From an uncultured bacterium (lineage in GTDB: Bacteria > Chloroflexota > UBA5177 > JANWHV01), in assembly GCA_963729625.1 (NCBI GenBank), contig CAVSOU010000007.1, positions 32,001-96,000 on the forward strand: a DNA stretch of 64,000 nucleotides. The letters run 5' to 3'. Made by a program: the position numbers and the translations under genes. Positions 54,297 to 64,000 of this stretch are shown piece after piece; the first letter of the stretch is position 1; each line of letters opens with the position of its first letter. Below the pieces are notes generated by a model. The model did no database searches. It was not told where the DNA came from and saw only the letters and a program-made list of their open reading frames with translations.

Positions 54297-54325
54297 TTGA
54301 CAACGCAGCAGCCCGTTGATAGGTT
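54297..54325 (+). promoter_or_regulatory. Promoter of the NAPRTase gene
   Basis: TTGACA-17 nt-TAGGTT with extended TG. Confidence 0.65.
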
Positions 54326-54392
54326 TGGTGTATTGCCGGAACCCATTGTTGGTGCAGCGAGTGTCCACGGCCGGGCTCGGAAAGGAGTGAGC

Positions 54393-55751
54393 ATGAGTGC
54401 ATTCGATGGAATTCGACTTCCATCGTCCACGTTCAAGCTCGACACGGAGCGCCTCCGCACCGGCTGGTATTCCGACAAGTACTTCTTGAACATCGCTAAC
54501 TTGCTTCGAGATCTCGCCGCCACTGGCTATTCGTTCGAAGGCGACGGGGTCCCGCACGATATCGATCGCGCCGCAATCTGCACGGGAGATATCGAAGTTG
54601 AGATGCAGTGGTTCACGCGTCGAGAGCCGTTCAGCGTGATCGCAGGTGTCGATGAGGCTCTGGCAATACTGCGTGAAAACACCGGCTACATCCACGACGG
54701 CCAATTCATCAACACGTTCGGCCGCGTGAAGGTCGAGGCCGTGCAGGACGGCGTCATTCTGCCGTACGACGGCAACCCCATGAACGTCCTGCCCGTGATC
54801 CGCGTTCGAGGTCGATACCGCGATTTCGCCGTCCTGGAAACTCCGACGCTTGGAGCCTTAACCGAGGCTTCGAGGGTGGCAACGAACGTCTACAATGTGC
54901 TGCGCGCCGCCAACGGAAAGGACGTCCAGTTCTTTCCGGCGCGTTTTGCTCACTACAAGCTCCAGGCGTTGCACGGATACGCGTACTCGCTCGCAGTGAA
55001 AGCCTATAACCGCGAGGCCGGCGGCCATACGGGCCTTTTCATCTCCACCGACGAACAGGGCTCATGGTGGGGAGGGCGGGGCGGGGGCACCGTAGCCCAT
55101 GCTGCGATCGCCGCGTTTCTCGGCGACATGGCGGAGGCGATGGTGCAGTTTGCTCGGCACGGACCGATCGAGACGCCACGGATAGCCCTGGTCGATTTTC
55201 ACAACGATTGCGTCGGCGATACGTTGAAGGTCATGGGCAAGATGTTCGATTGCTATCGCACTGAGGTCGATGCCGGCCGGTGCGACGAGGCGCGCCGGTA
55301 CAGGTTGTTTGGGGTCCGGGCGGATACCGCGGGGTCGCTGCGCGATGTCAGCGTTCCCCCGATCGGCGACGCAAGGCTCGATCTGGGCGTGACACCACGA
55401 CTCGTGTACATCCTGCGAGACGCTATCAACTCAGCGTGGAAGAATTGGGATCTGCCATCCGCATGGGAAGCGCGAGCACAAGAGTGGTGCAGCGACGTGC
55501 GTATCGTAGCCACAGGCGGGTTCGATCCCGACAAGATTCGCCGATTCGAGCGTCTGAAAGTACCCGTGGACATCTACGGCGTGGGAACCGCGCTGCTGAA
55601 CAACTGCGCCAGCTGCGGAACCAACACCGACTTCACCGCGGATGTGGTCCGCGTGAAACTCGGTGAGCGCTGGGTCGATATGGCGAAGGTTGGACGCCAG
55701 TCTCGGGAGAACCCGATGCTTGAAGCCATCAACACGGGCTGGGAAGGTTGA
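54393..55751 (+). CDS. Nicotinate phosphoribosyltransferase-family protein
   Basis: GWYSDKYF, FFPARF, GTVAHA, LVDFHND, GVRADT, IVATGGF and DIYGVG motifs; AAAGGAG RBS. Confidence 0.88.
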   Translation: MSAFDGIRLPSSTFKLDTERLRTGWYSDKYFLNIANLLRDLAATGYSFEGDGVPHDIDRAAICTGDIEVEMQWFTRREPFSVIAGVDEALAILRENTGYIHDGQFINTFGRVKVEAVQDGVILPYDGNPMNVLPVIRVRGRYRDFAVLETPTLGALTEASRVATNVYNVLRAANGKDVQFFPARFAHYKLQALHGYAYSLAVKAYNREAGGHTGLFISTDEQGSWWGGRGGGTVAHAAIAAFLGDMAEAMVQFARHGPIETPRIALVDFHNDCVGDTLKVMGKMFDCYRTEVDAGRCDEARRYRLFGVRADTAGSLRDVSVPPIGDARLDLGVTPRLVYILRDAINSAWKNWDLPSAWEARAQEWCSDVRIVATGGFDPDKIRRFERLKVPVDIYGVGTALLNNCASCGTNTDFTADVVRVKLGERWVDMAKVGRQSRENPMLEAINTGWEG

Positions 55752-55879
55752 GCAGTACACCAATGGTGCTCTGCTGCGATGGCTCTCGGGTCAAGGGCCG
55801 TTCCCGCGGGCCGGGACGTGTTCACCGGCGCTCACCCAGGAGGCCGCAGCAATGCATGGCGAAAGCGCAACCGATCCTA

Positions 55880-55908
55880 TTGACAAGGTGGCACCCCGGA
55901 CATACGAT
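55880..55908 (+). promoter_or_regulatory. Near-consensus promoter for the small TM protein/response regulator unit
   Basis: TTGACA-17 nt-TACGAT. Confidence 0.75.
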
Positions 55909-55997
55909 CGCGGGGCCGATTGCCCCAATGGAGCTCACGTAGTAGGCTTACCGGCTTTAAGCGGACGGTCTGGCAACAACTGGAGTCCTCAAGCATA

Positions 55998-56165
55998 GTG
56001 AACGCTCTGATTACGTTCTTCGCGTCGTTTAACCCGTTTATCATTGGGACCGCGTTTTCGCTGGGGTTTATCATCCTGGTGCGAACGCCAGATAGACTGT
56101 TCAGGGCTGCGTCGGCACTACCCAAGTCGCATGCCATCAGGTCGGTGTTTCGGCGGAACACGTAG
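55998..56165 (+). CDS. Putative 55-aa single-TM small protein
   Basis: MNALITFFASFNPFIIGTAFSLGFIILVRTPDRLFR...; GTG start with upstream GGAG. Confidence 0.55.
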   Translation: MNALITFFASFNPFIIGTAFSLGFIILVRTPDRLFRAASALPKSHAIRSVFRRNT

Positions 56166-56194
56166 TATCAGATGAAGTTGAGAGTGTCGGAAAC

Positions 56195-56599
56195 GTGAGT
56201 CAAAAACCATTTCGCGTCCTAGTCGTCGATGACGAGCCAGACCTTGTCGTTCTTCTGGAAGAACACTTGACCCATGAGGGCTACGAAGTGGTGAGTGCCA
56301 CCAGCGGCATGCAAGCGATATCCAGAGCTCGGGAAGATCGTCCCGACGTCATCTTGCTCGACGTCATGATGCCCGGTGTCAGTGGCTTCGACGTATGCAA
56401 TATCCTTCAGGATTTCCCTGAGACCGCGAGCATTCCTGTTATCTTCCTCACTGCCGTGGCAGAGACGAAGCGCAAGGTGATGGGCCTGAACCTGGGAGCG
56501 GATGACTATATCACCAAGCCGTTCGACCTGCACGAGCTGGCGGCGAGAGTTCAGGCCGCGCTTCGCCCGCGAATGCAAAGCCCGGAACAGGAAGCATAA
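56195..56599 (+). CDS. Single-domain response regulator (receiver only)
   Basis: VLVVDDE, LLDVMMP, FLTA and GADDYITKPF motifs. Confidence 0.95.
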   Translation: MSQKPFRVLVVDDEPDLVVLLEEHLTHEGYEVVSATSGMQAISRAREDRPDVILLDVMMPGVSGFDVCNILQDFPETASIPVIFLTAVAETKRKVMGLNLGADDYITKPFDLHELAARVQAALRPRMQSPEQEA

Positions 56600-56823
56600 C
56601 GTAGCTTGACATTGTGCGGGAGCGTCCAAGCGGCGTCAAGTCTGCTCTCCCGCGGCAACTGAGGGCGCATTGGCGCGCCGGATGACATCCCCTCCGCAAA
56701 AAGCTCGTTGCGCATGAACGTGGCCATGGCGGTGCAATAACCGTGCTGACACCGTTGCATCCTTCTGCTACAGTACATCTCGCTATGCTGACAGCCGACC
56801 GACGTACTGTGAACCAGAGAGCC

Positions 56824-58806
56824 ATGGCGTGGCGTGCCACTGCGGCAGCCACACCTCGACGACGTGCCTACTTTGAAGAGCTTTCTCTCTTCGCTCTGAT
56901 ACTCCCCCTGTTCGTTGGGACAGTCATCGTGCTTGCGCTTCAGCGTGAGCACGAGGCGACATCTCCGGACTTACTGCTTCTCGGGATGGCCGTCGCGTGC
57001 GCGGCGGGACTGATCTATCGCATCGATAGCCGCCGACGCGAGCGGCCGGCAGTAGGGATCGCCCGCGTGGCGTGCACGGTACGCCCAGGTCTGCCGGTGC
57101 TCATAGCCGTTGCCCTCTCTTCAGTCGCCGCGATCCTGACCGCCCGATCGACGGGTCCCGTCTATGCAACGATCGCCTGGTTAGCGGGAATGTCGCTCCT
57201 TCTCGCCTATGCCGTGCTGCTCGAACGGCCAAGGCTGCACTGGCCAACGCCCATTGATGCAGTCTGCCTCGGCGGACTGGTAGTGCTGGCCCTCGCGCTT
57301 CGCTTGCCGGACCTGGCGACGTTGCCCTCATTCATCCACTCCGACGAGGCGCAGATGGGCTTGAAGACACGCGTCGCCTTCGAAGGTGGAATGCCGTCGA
57401 TATTTGGCACCACGGATTGGTGGAGCGTGCCGTGGCTTGGCCCGGCCTTGCAGGCGCCGATCATGCTGGTCCTCGGAAATGGTCTGACCGCCGTCCGTGC
57501 GGCCTCGGTGATCTCGGGCGTGCTCGCCATGGCCGGTATCTGGTTTCTGGGGTCGGAAATGTGGTCGCGGCGTGCCGGGTTTGTTGCTGCGCTGCTGTTT
57601 GCGTTCATGGCGCCAAGCGTGCAGTTCAGCCGCGACGGCGTCCACTACATGCAGAGCATCGCAGCGCTCGTCTGGACTATCCTTTGTTACACGCGCGCGA
57701 CCAAGCGCTACTCGGGCGCCTATGCCGTGCTTACCGGCATCCTCCTCGGAGTCGACGTTCAGCTGTATTACGCGGCGAGGCTGGCGGTGCCGCTTGTCCT
57801 TGCGCATGCGGCCATTCGCGCGCTTATCGAGCGAGGGCTGCTCAAGAACTGGATCAAGCTCATGCTGTGGACGGGGATCGGCGTCGTCGTAACCTTTCTG
57901 CCCATGGCCCTATTCTACGCCATGCATCCGGCAGCGTTCGGCCAGCGCACTGATGCGGTCTTCATTTTCTCGTCCGCCGCGCTGGCCAAGGGAGCCGTGC
58001 TCGGGGAGTACGGCCACGACGGGTGGCTCGAGATTCTCTGGCTCCAGGCGCAGCGGGTCGTGCTTGGCTTCCTCTCGATAGGCGACCGAAGCGAACAATA
58101 CGGTGCGCATTCGGCGTTGCTCGACCCGGTGACGGCGGCAATGGTGCCCGCTGCCTTCGCACTTGCACTCGCGCGAGCCAAGCAGTCTCCCTGGTTGCTT
58201 TGCCTGGCTTGGGCCGCCATCACGCTGGTGCTGGGCGGCGTGCTGACAACCTACCAACCTGACGCGCCGCGATTGCTGCCTGCGCTCCCCGCCATATGCC
58301 TGCTCGTGGGTGGGCTGGCCCACACGGTGTTGGATACTGCCGGCCAAACCCGCCTCCGCGATGCGAAACCGCTGCTGGCTCTGGCGCTGGCCGGCTCACT
58401 CGTCGGCGCCGGCGCGTTGAATGCCGCGAGCTATATTCAGGACTATCCCGCACAAGTGGCTGACCAGCAGGTCACGCTGATTACGGACATCGGCCGCTAC
58501 CTCAGCTCGATGCCGGCAAGCCGGCCTGTTGTCCTCTACGATCATCGGGAGTTCTACCTGGCCCATTGGACGATTCAGCTACTTGCGCCTCAGGTGTCCG
58601 GCACGACTGTCTGGACTGACAAGCAGCTGGAAGCGGTTCTGGCCCGACAACGAGGCGGATTCCTGGTCATTTCAGTAGATGAAGCAGCTGCCGATCTCGC
58701 TCGGGTGCGCACCGAATACCCCGGAGGCGTTACACAAACCCCAGCGGTGCACAATCGCCAAAACTCTGTGACCGCCTATTTGTACCAGGGCGACGGAATC
58801 TCGTGA
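56824..58806 (+). CDS. GT-C (family 39/ArnT/PMT-like) membrane glycosyltransferase
   Basis: Multi-TM protein; LRLPDL..HSDEA loop, FSR and YYAAR motifs; start uncertain (ORF open from 56743). Confidence 0.85.
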   Translation: MAWRATAAATPRRRAYFEELSLFALILPLFVGTVIVLALQREHEATSPDLLLLGMAVACAAGLIYRIDSRRRERPAVGIARVACTVRPGLPVLIAVALSSVAAILTARSTGPVYATIAWLAGMSLLLAYAVLLERPRLHWPTPIDAVCLGGLVVLALALRLPDLATLPSFIHSDEAQMGLKTRVAFEGGMPSIFGTTDWWSVPWLGPALQAPIMLVLGNGLTAVRAASVISGVLAMAGIWFLGSEMWSRRAGFVAALLFAFMAPSVQFSRDGVHYMQSIAALVWTILCYTRATKRYSGAYAVLTGILLGVDVQLYYAARLAVPLVLAHAAIRALIERGLLKNWIKLMLWTGIGVVVTFLPMALFYAMHPAAFGQRTDAVFIFSSAALAKGAVLGEYGHDGWLEILWLQAQRVVLGFLSIGDRSEQYGAHSALLDPVTAAMVPAAFALALARAKQSPWLLCLAWAAITLVLGGVLTTYQPDAPRLLPALPAICLLVGGLAHTVLDTAGQTRLRDAKPLLALALAGSLVGAGALNAASYIQDYPAQVADQQVTLITDIGRYLSSMPASRPVVLYDHREFYLAHWTIQLLAPQVSGTTVWTDKQLEAVLARQRGGFLVISVDEAAADLARVRTEYPGGVTQTPAVHNRQNSVTAYLYQGDGIS

Positions 58807-58899
58807 CCCGCACCCGCCTCTCCTGTTGCGCCCCGCGTATTGTGCGACACCACGATCGTGACAGGTGACCCGCCTGAACGCCGCGTCGGAGCATAAGCC

Positions 58900-59436
58900 T
58901 CAGTCAGGCTGGGTCAGCATCTCCTGGTACACGTAGGTAGGTCCCGCGGGATTGCGCGCGTCTATCGCGATGCCTACATCACTTTGACCGGACGAGTACT
59001 CCGTGTAGAAGTAGTTCGCTGCAAACGCATCGTGCGGGTCGCCAATGGCAAACACTGGAGGCATCTTCTGCAATGCTTCAGGCGCTCTTGCCGGAAGAAT
59101 AGTATCGGCCTGCTCAAGAAACCCGCCGACCTGGTGCGCGTAGCCACCGAGAGCAGTGCGGTAATAGTGGATCAGTTGAACGGGCGTGTCCGTCGATCTG
59201 TACAGCGCCGTCTGAGTGACAAAGTTGCCTTGCAGCATATCAGTCTCGGTCTTTTGTGCGAGCACCGTGGCGTGCGGCGGCGCCACCGGCAAAGGTGGCG
59301 TGTTACCAGTAGTATTCGTTAGCCAAATAGAATACCCTGCGCCGGCAAGGATGACCAGAATGGCAATACTGCCCATCAGTATGCCGGCCGTCCGGTTGCG
59401 GCTGCGCACCGCGGACACGTCCAACGAGCCTATCAC
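58900..59436 (-). CDS. Hypothetical membrane-anchored protein
   Basis: Single N-terminal TM (ILMGSIAILVILAGAGYSIWL), Pro-rich linker and extracellular domain. Confidence 0.7.
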   Translation of the reverse strand: MIGSLDVSAVRSRNRTAGILMGSIAILVILAGAGYSIWLTNTTGNTPPLPVAPPHATVLAQKTETDMLQGNFVTQTALYRSTDTPVQLIHYYRTALGGYAHQVGGFLEQADTILPARAPEALQKMPPVFAIGDPHDAFAANYFYTEYSSGQSDVGIAIDARNPAGPTYVYQEMLTQPD

Positions 59437-59700
59437 CTATTGACCTCGGACCCTTTTCACAATCAAGACCGGCGCGCCAGCAACTGTGTCGCGGGTCGCA
59501 TCCACCAATTCTGCTCGCCACTTCGAATATGCCTGAAGAAGCAGCAACCATTTGCAGTCGTGCACGTCTATAGCGGCGCCAGCTCAAGCGTCGGATCCGT
59601 AGACGTGCAGCGTGCCTGGCCCATTCGACGAATGGCAACGGCTCGATCGACTCCCCGACAAGGAGCGCAGCCCCAGCGCCGGGGAGCGATAGGGCTGCTT

Positions 59701-60057
59701 TGGTGGAGATGGGGGCGAATCGAACGCCCCGTCCAGAAAAGGACCAACAAGCGCGTCTACGATGCATATCCGGTAATTGTATCTTGCGTCCAGGCGACTC
59801 TACCGGCAGGGGTCCCGAGCGCCAGCCCGTGAGCTCACTCCGGTCTTACAGGCATGGGACCGGCAGCCTCCCTGACTAAGTCACGCCCTGCACCGGCCCG
59901 TCAAGGAGAGGCCGGCCGGACGGCTCTACTGACTATGCAGCGAGAGCGTAGCTTGTGTTTGTGTTGCCGTTTATTGGCGTGCCACCTGATTAACGAGGCG
60001 ATGGCACCTCGGCACGCAGCGCTAGCCTTTCCTCCCCTGTCGACACCTAACATCCCC
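59701..60057 (-). ncRNA. ssrA: tmRNA; tag peptide (A)GNTNTSYALAA
   Basis: 5' GGGGATG..TCGAC and 3' GGGGCGTTCGATTCGCCCCCATCTCCACCA; tag ORF at 59933-59968. Confidence 0.98.
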
Positions 60058-60268
60058 GTGTTGCGCGGCGCAAATCTGCACCCAGCAACCATTACTGTAC
60101 CACCACTGCGACTTCAGTCCAACCGGCTGATCCCCATGCCGCTCTATGCCATCGATCGGCGATCGACACCGGCAGCGGGCAGCGTCGCCTGGGGGCAGCT
60201 CTGCGTGCCGGCCGCATTCGCGTTCGTGGGTCGCTCAGGTATCCTCGAGCGACCTTGATCACGCAAGG

Positions 60269-60952
60269 CTACGCTACAATGCGTGCCGCTTGATAGGCAA
60301 AGCTCGTCGCGAAGCCGAGCAGGACAAGCCCTGACAGCGCGCCGACGAAGTCGAGCATGATCGGTAGGCGCGTCGCGGCAGCCCTGGCCATCCACACCAG
60401 GCCGGCAAGAATCGTGAACCACGCGGCGCTGCCAGCTCCGATACCGAGCAGAATAACAACGGCTACCGGGACAGCGACCGAGCCGAGATTCACGGCCACA
60501 AACGCGCCACCAAGAGTGAGCCACGACGTTATAGTCGCCGGATTCACTACCGTGATGGACAGACCAAGGGCGAACGCGGCACGCCAACCGGGCGCAAGGT
60601 CGCGTCTGTTCTTGGGCCCAGACGCGGCCGCTGGGCCGGATGCAGATTGACGACGGCGAACGATCACGTCACGGAGCGCGCCGAACGCCATCTTGCCCAG
60701 CACCAGGGCCCCCACGACGTACAACACAAGCGGTAGCCAGCTCAGGTGCGCGATTGCGGGCCCAAGCCCTGCATACGTAACCATGACATAGACGTAGTCC
60801 GTAACGGCCGCCCCCATGCCGATCCAAAACGCCGTCGCCGCGCCTCGGTCGAGTCCCAGCCGGATAGCCGTGATTCCGGTCGGGCCAACCGGCGCGGCGA
60901 CCGCGAACCCAAGAGCCATGGCACCACCGAATCGAGCCACCATCGTCACCAC
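60269..60952 (-). CDS. LysE-family translocator
   Basis: AAPVGP, G.GAA..D and TVVNPATI motifs; 6 TM segments. Confidence 0.92.
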   Translation of the reverse strand: MVTMVARFGGAMALGFAVAAPVGPTGITAIRLGLDRGAATAFWIGMGAAVTDYVYVMVTYAGLGPAIAHLSWLPLVLYVVGALVLGKMAFGALRDVIVRRRQSASGPAAASGPKNRRDLAPGWRAAFALGLSITVVNPATITSWLTLGGAFVAVNLGSVAVPVAVVILLGIGAGSAAWFTILAGLVWMARAAATRLPIMLDFVGALSGLVLLGFATSFAYQAARIVA

Positions 60953-60961
60953 GCCGGACTC

Positions 60962-61435
60962 CTATTCCTGAAGTGGCAAGTGGGCAAGGGGCGTGAACGT
61001 CGATTCTTTGATCGTTCTCAACACAACTGTCGTGTGCGTCCGGGCCACGCCCGGAGAGGATTTGAGCTCGTCACTTACGACTCTGTCCAGGTCGTCGGTG
61101 CCTGCGCAGCGCACCTTCAACAGGTAGTCGTGCTCACCGGCTACGTGGTGGCACTCTTGCACGTCATCCAGGCGTGCGACTCGCTCAAGGAACTCCGCAC
61201 GATAGCCGGGACCCGCCAAAGTGACTTGCACGAACGCCGTAAGCCCACATCCAACCGCGGATGGAGTCACCAGGGCGACATAGCCCCGAATCGTCCCCGC
61301 GTCCTCAAGTCGCCGAACTCTTTCGGCAACTGCCGGAGCCGACAAGCCAAGACGCTGGGACAGATCGGCCCATGTTGTTCTGCCGTTTCGCATCAACGTC
61401 TCGAGAATAGTCCGGGTAATGTCCTCTTTGGGCAC
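60962..61435 (-). CDS. Lrp/AsnC-family transcriptional regulator
   Basis: LGLSAPAVAERVRRLEDAGTIRGY and CHHVAGEHDYLLKV motifs; start 61435 or 61453. Confidence 0.95.
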   Translation of the reverse strand: MPKEDITRTILETLMRNGRTTWADLSQRLGLSAPAVAERVRRLEDAGTIRGYVALVTPSAVGCGLTAFVQVTLAGPGYRAEFLERVARLDDVQECHHVAGEHDYLLKVRCAGTDDLDRVVSDELKSSPGVARTHTTVVLRTIKESTFTPLAHLPLQE

Positions 61436-61767
61436 TTCCCTCTTCCCTCTCACGTGGGGCGATGCGTAGTTCGTTCACTCCCGCAGGCCAGTTCGCCCGT
61501 CTATAATGAGTATGAGAGGTTATGATTACGAATACAAGGAAATATGTCGGAAAGGCTTTGATAACCTCGGAACATGCGGAGGATGTGCCTCGAGCAACAC
61601 GAGTATGCGGGATTGTTTGGGCGTATCCGGCGGCGCGTGAAAACCGCATGGGACGGCTTTGCCAATAGTACAGATGCAACGGCTATGGTAGATTTGTGTA
61701 ACATCGGGATGCCGGGACCCTGGGCGGAATTGCCTTGACCGGCATTGGGTTAGTGAATGGAACGCAG

Positions 61768-62154
61768 ATGGCTGAAACACCAGCGCGCGCTGAGCCATTG
61801 TCCCCGCAGCAGCTTCTCGATCTCCGGGAGCGCCTGGAGCGCGAACTCGAGCGCCTGAAAGGCAAGATCGCTCTGGCAACAAGTGCTCGGACCGCGCAGG
61901 GGATGCAGGATCCATTGCTGAGCGACCCGGAAGACTTCGCCGAAATGGCCCAGGATATCACCCAGGAAGAGACAGAGGCAGCGCTGTCCGCCAACGATGT
62001 TCAGCTCCTCGCCAGGGTGCAGCACGCGCTCCAACGCGTTTACGGAGGCACCTACGGCCACAGCGAAGTCACCGGGGAACCCATTCCCTTTGAGCGCCTG
62101 GATGCTCTGCCGTGGGCCACGACGAACGTTGGCGATGCTGGTCAGCACAGTTGA
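61768..62154 (+). CDS. TraR/DksA-family transcription factor lacking zinc-finger cysteines
   Basis: Coiled coil with DFAEMA tip; ALQRV..GTYGHSEVTGEPIPFERLDALPWA. Confidence 0.9.
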   Translation: MAETPARAEPLSPQQLLDLRERLERELERLKGKIALATSARTAQGMQDPLLSDPEDFAEMAQDITQEETEAALSANDVQLLARVQHALQRVYGGTYGHSEVTGEPIPFERLDALPWATTNVGDAGQHS

Positions 62155-62299
62155 GATCGGATCGGTCTGGCGGTCCGCCGGCGAACGCGCTTTCGCCCTG
62201 GTAAGTTATCCCGGCCGGCGCGAGCGTCGGGCTGAATCCTCTTGGAGAGGGCGCGGGCTCACCTGAGCTCTGCCCGTAGTGATGCGGAGCTGCACGAGA

Positions 62300-63610
62300 A
62301 TGCCAGAGAGTCGAACGGCAATCCTTGGAGCCGGCATGCTCGGGCTGACCTTGGCCTATAGGTTGTCTCGTCAGGGTCAGCGTGTCACGGTCATCGAGCG
62401 CGAGCCGCAGGCAGGTGGGCTGGCAGCAGGCTTCAAAGTGGCATCCAATGCGGATGGCTCGCCGGTCTACCTGGACAAGTTCTATCATCACCTGTTCCGT
62501 GCCGATCACGCAGTCATCGGTCTCATCGACGAATTGGGCCTCACCGAGCGCCTGGTTTGGCCCTCGCCCACATCATGCATCTTGCGCGATGGCAAGATCT
62601 ATCGGATGGACGGCCCCCTGCCCCTTCTGTCCCTCAAGCCGCTACCGTTTGTCGACCGTGTGCGGCTGGGCATGGTCCTGGCATATCTCAAAGTGGAGAA
62701 GGCGTATCAGCGATTTGAGCGCTATACCGCCGAGGAGTGGCTCACGACTTGGGCAGGAAGGAATGTCTACAATGTGTTTGCCGAGCCCCTTCTACGCCAG
62801 AAATTCGGCGAATTCAGCGGCCAGATCGCCATGCCCTGGTTCTGGTCTCGCGTCCACCTGCGCAGCACGTCACTTGGTTACCTGCTGGGAGGCTTCCAGC
62901 AGCTCTACGATGCGCTCGTGCAAGCGGTGGCGGCTCGGGGTGGCGACGTGCGTCTGGGCGCTGCGGTGACCGGAATCGATCCTCAGCCTGACGGTTCCTT
63001 GCGCGTGTCGACGTCGGACGGGTCTGAGCGCTTCGATCGCGTCATCTCCACGTTGCCCGCGCGGGTGACCATCGGCCTCACTTCGAACATGCCCGCGGAC
63101 TTCAAGGTGCGGTATGGCGGCGGCGAGGCGTTGGGCGCTCACTGCTTGATCCTGGAGCTCGATCGGCAGGTCACCCAGCACTACTGGATCGCGATCAACG
63201 ACCCTGGCTATCCCTTCCTGGCCGTTGTCGAGCACACGAACTACATACCGCCGGAGCACTACGAGGGCAAACACTTGATCTACGTCGGCAATTACTTACC
63301 GATGATCCATCCCCTCTACAAGAAATCAGGCGAACAGCTGCTTGAGGAGTTCCTGCCTTACCTCAAGCACATCAACCCGGACATGCGTGCCTCGTGGGTT
63401 ACTCGCGTGCATTCGTTCGCTGCTCCATATGCTCAGCCGGTGGTCACGACGCGCTTTAAGGAATCCATCGCACCCCATGTGACAGCTGTACCGAACCTGT
63501 TCATGGCCAACATGTTCCAGATCTATCCCCAGGACCGCGGCCAGAATTACAGCGTGACCATGGCAGAGCGTATGGTGCGCTTGCTCGACAGATGCAAGAA
63601 CGCCGGCTAG
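62300..63610 (+). CDS. NAD(P)/FAD-dependent oxidoreductase (protoporphyrinogen-oxidase-like family)
   Basis: ILGAGMLGL, GGLAAGF, DKFYHHLF and YPQDRGQNY motifs. Confidence 0.9.
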   Translation: MPESRTAILGAGMLGLTLAYRLSRQGQRVTVIEREPQAGGLAAGFKVASNADGSPVYLDKFYHHLFRADHAVIGLIDELGLTERLVWPSPTSCILRDGKIYRMDGPLPLLSLKPLPFVDRVRLGMVLAYLKVEKAYQRFERYTAEEWLTTWAGRNVYNVFAEPLLRQKFGEFSGQIAMPWFWSRVHLRSTSLGYLLGGFQQLYDALVQAVAARGGDVRLGAAVTGIDPQPDGSLRVSTSDGSERFDRVISTLPARVTIGLTSNMPADFKVRYGGGEALGAHCLILELDRQVTQHYWIAINDPGYPFLAVVEHTNYIPPEHYEGKHLIYVGNYLPMIHPLYKKSGEQLLEEFLPYLKHINPDMRASWVTRVHSFAAPYAQPVVTTRFKESIAPHVTAVPNLFMANMFQIYPQDRGQNYSVTMAERMVRLLDRCKNAG

Positions 63611-64000
63611 CGCAGCCCGTCGTCTACCACCGCACTGTCGTTCCCATCGCCCTCGGAGCCGGCGCGCACGATGATGTCGAGTATCTCACCCGGACTGTCG
63701 GTCACGCGCAGCAGCCGAAGATCGTCCTCCGCGATGTTCTTCTCTACGAGCAGCGTGCCGCGGATCCAGTCGAACAAGCCCTTCCAGTAGGAAGAGTCGA
63801 ACAGCACCACAGGAAAATTGCGGACCTTGCGCGTTTGGATGAGCACGAGAGCCTCGAAGAGCTCGTCAAGCGTGCCGAAGCCGCCGGGGAAGATCACGAA
63901 TGCCTGAGCATACTTCACGAACATCGTCTTACGCACCATGAAGTAGCGAAAGTTTATCGGCACTGTGACATAGTGGTTGATACCCTGCTCGAATGGAAGC
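63607..64000 (-). CDS. LOG-family (TIGR00730) Rossmann protein, 5' end outside the window
   Basis: LPFEQ..N.Y, FRYFMVRKTMFVKY and PGGFGTLDELFE motifs. Confidence 0.92.
   Translation of the reverse strand, partial: LPFEQGINHYVTVPINFRYFMVRKTMFVKYAQAFVIFPGGFGTLDELFEALVLIQTRKVRNFPVVLFDSSYWKGLFDWIRGTLLVEKNIAEDDLRLLRVTDSPGEILDIIVRAGSEGDGNDSAVVDDGLR

Noticed and set aside
55909-55997. c-di-GMP-I riboswitch-like leader
   Set aside because: Only vague similarity; lacks the GCAAAC/GNRA-receptor consensus
59437-59700. Integrated element at the tmRNA 3' end
   Set aside because: No integrase or duplicated ssrA 3' end was seen; only a GCAGCCC/GGGCTGC hairpin follows
61522-61668. 48-aa ORF after TATAAT upstream of dksA
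   Set aside because: RBS spacing of only 2 nt and no protein-like features

Overview
GC-rich bacterial chromosomal window made up mostly of core genes. It is most consistent with a Chloroflexota-like organism, inferred from gene families and the tmRNA tag and not proven. It contains pcrA/uvrD, aroH, glgP, infC, an A2-type caa3 cytochrome c oxidase operon (ctaCDE-ctaB-resA, with ctaA about 19 kb away), topA, a sigA-like sigma factor, pyrG, priA, smpB, a NAPRTase and cell-surface genes. Three RNA genes are present: tRNA-Gln(CTG), RNase P RNA and tmRNA. No CRISPR array, prophage or intact transposase was seen. The most notable observations are: (1) an intact, translationally coupled SbcD/YhaO-like plus membrane-anchored SbcC/YhaN-like pair, in which nearly all nuclease metal ligands and two ATPase switch residues are replaced; (2) an unannotated ~124-bp MITE with terminal inverted repeats and a 10-bp target duplication just upstream of the rnpB promoter; (3) a decayed tRNA-Gln island with a tyrosine-integrase remnant, carrying a multi-TM protein with a putative C-terminal DNA-binding domain; (4) infC with a GTG start, coupled to a zinc-ribbon gene behind a long structured leader; (5) a cysteine-free DksA; and (6) several small proteins missed by the ORF track.
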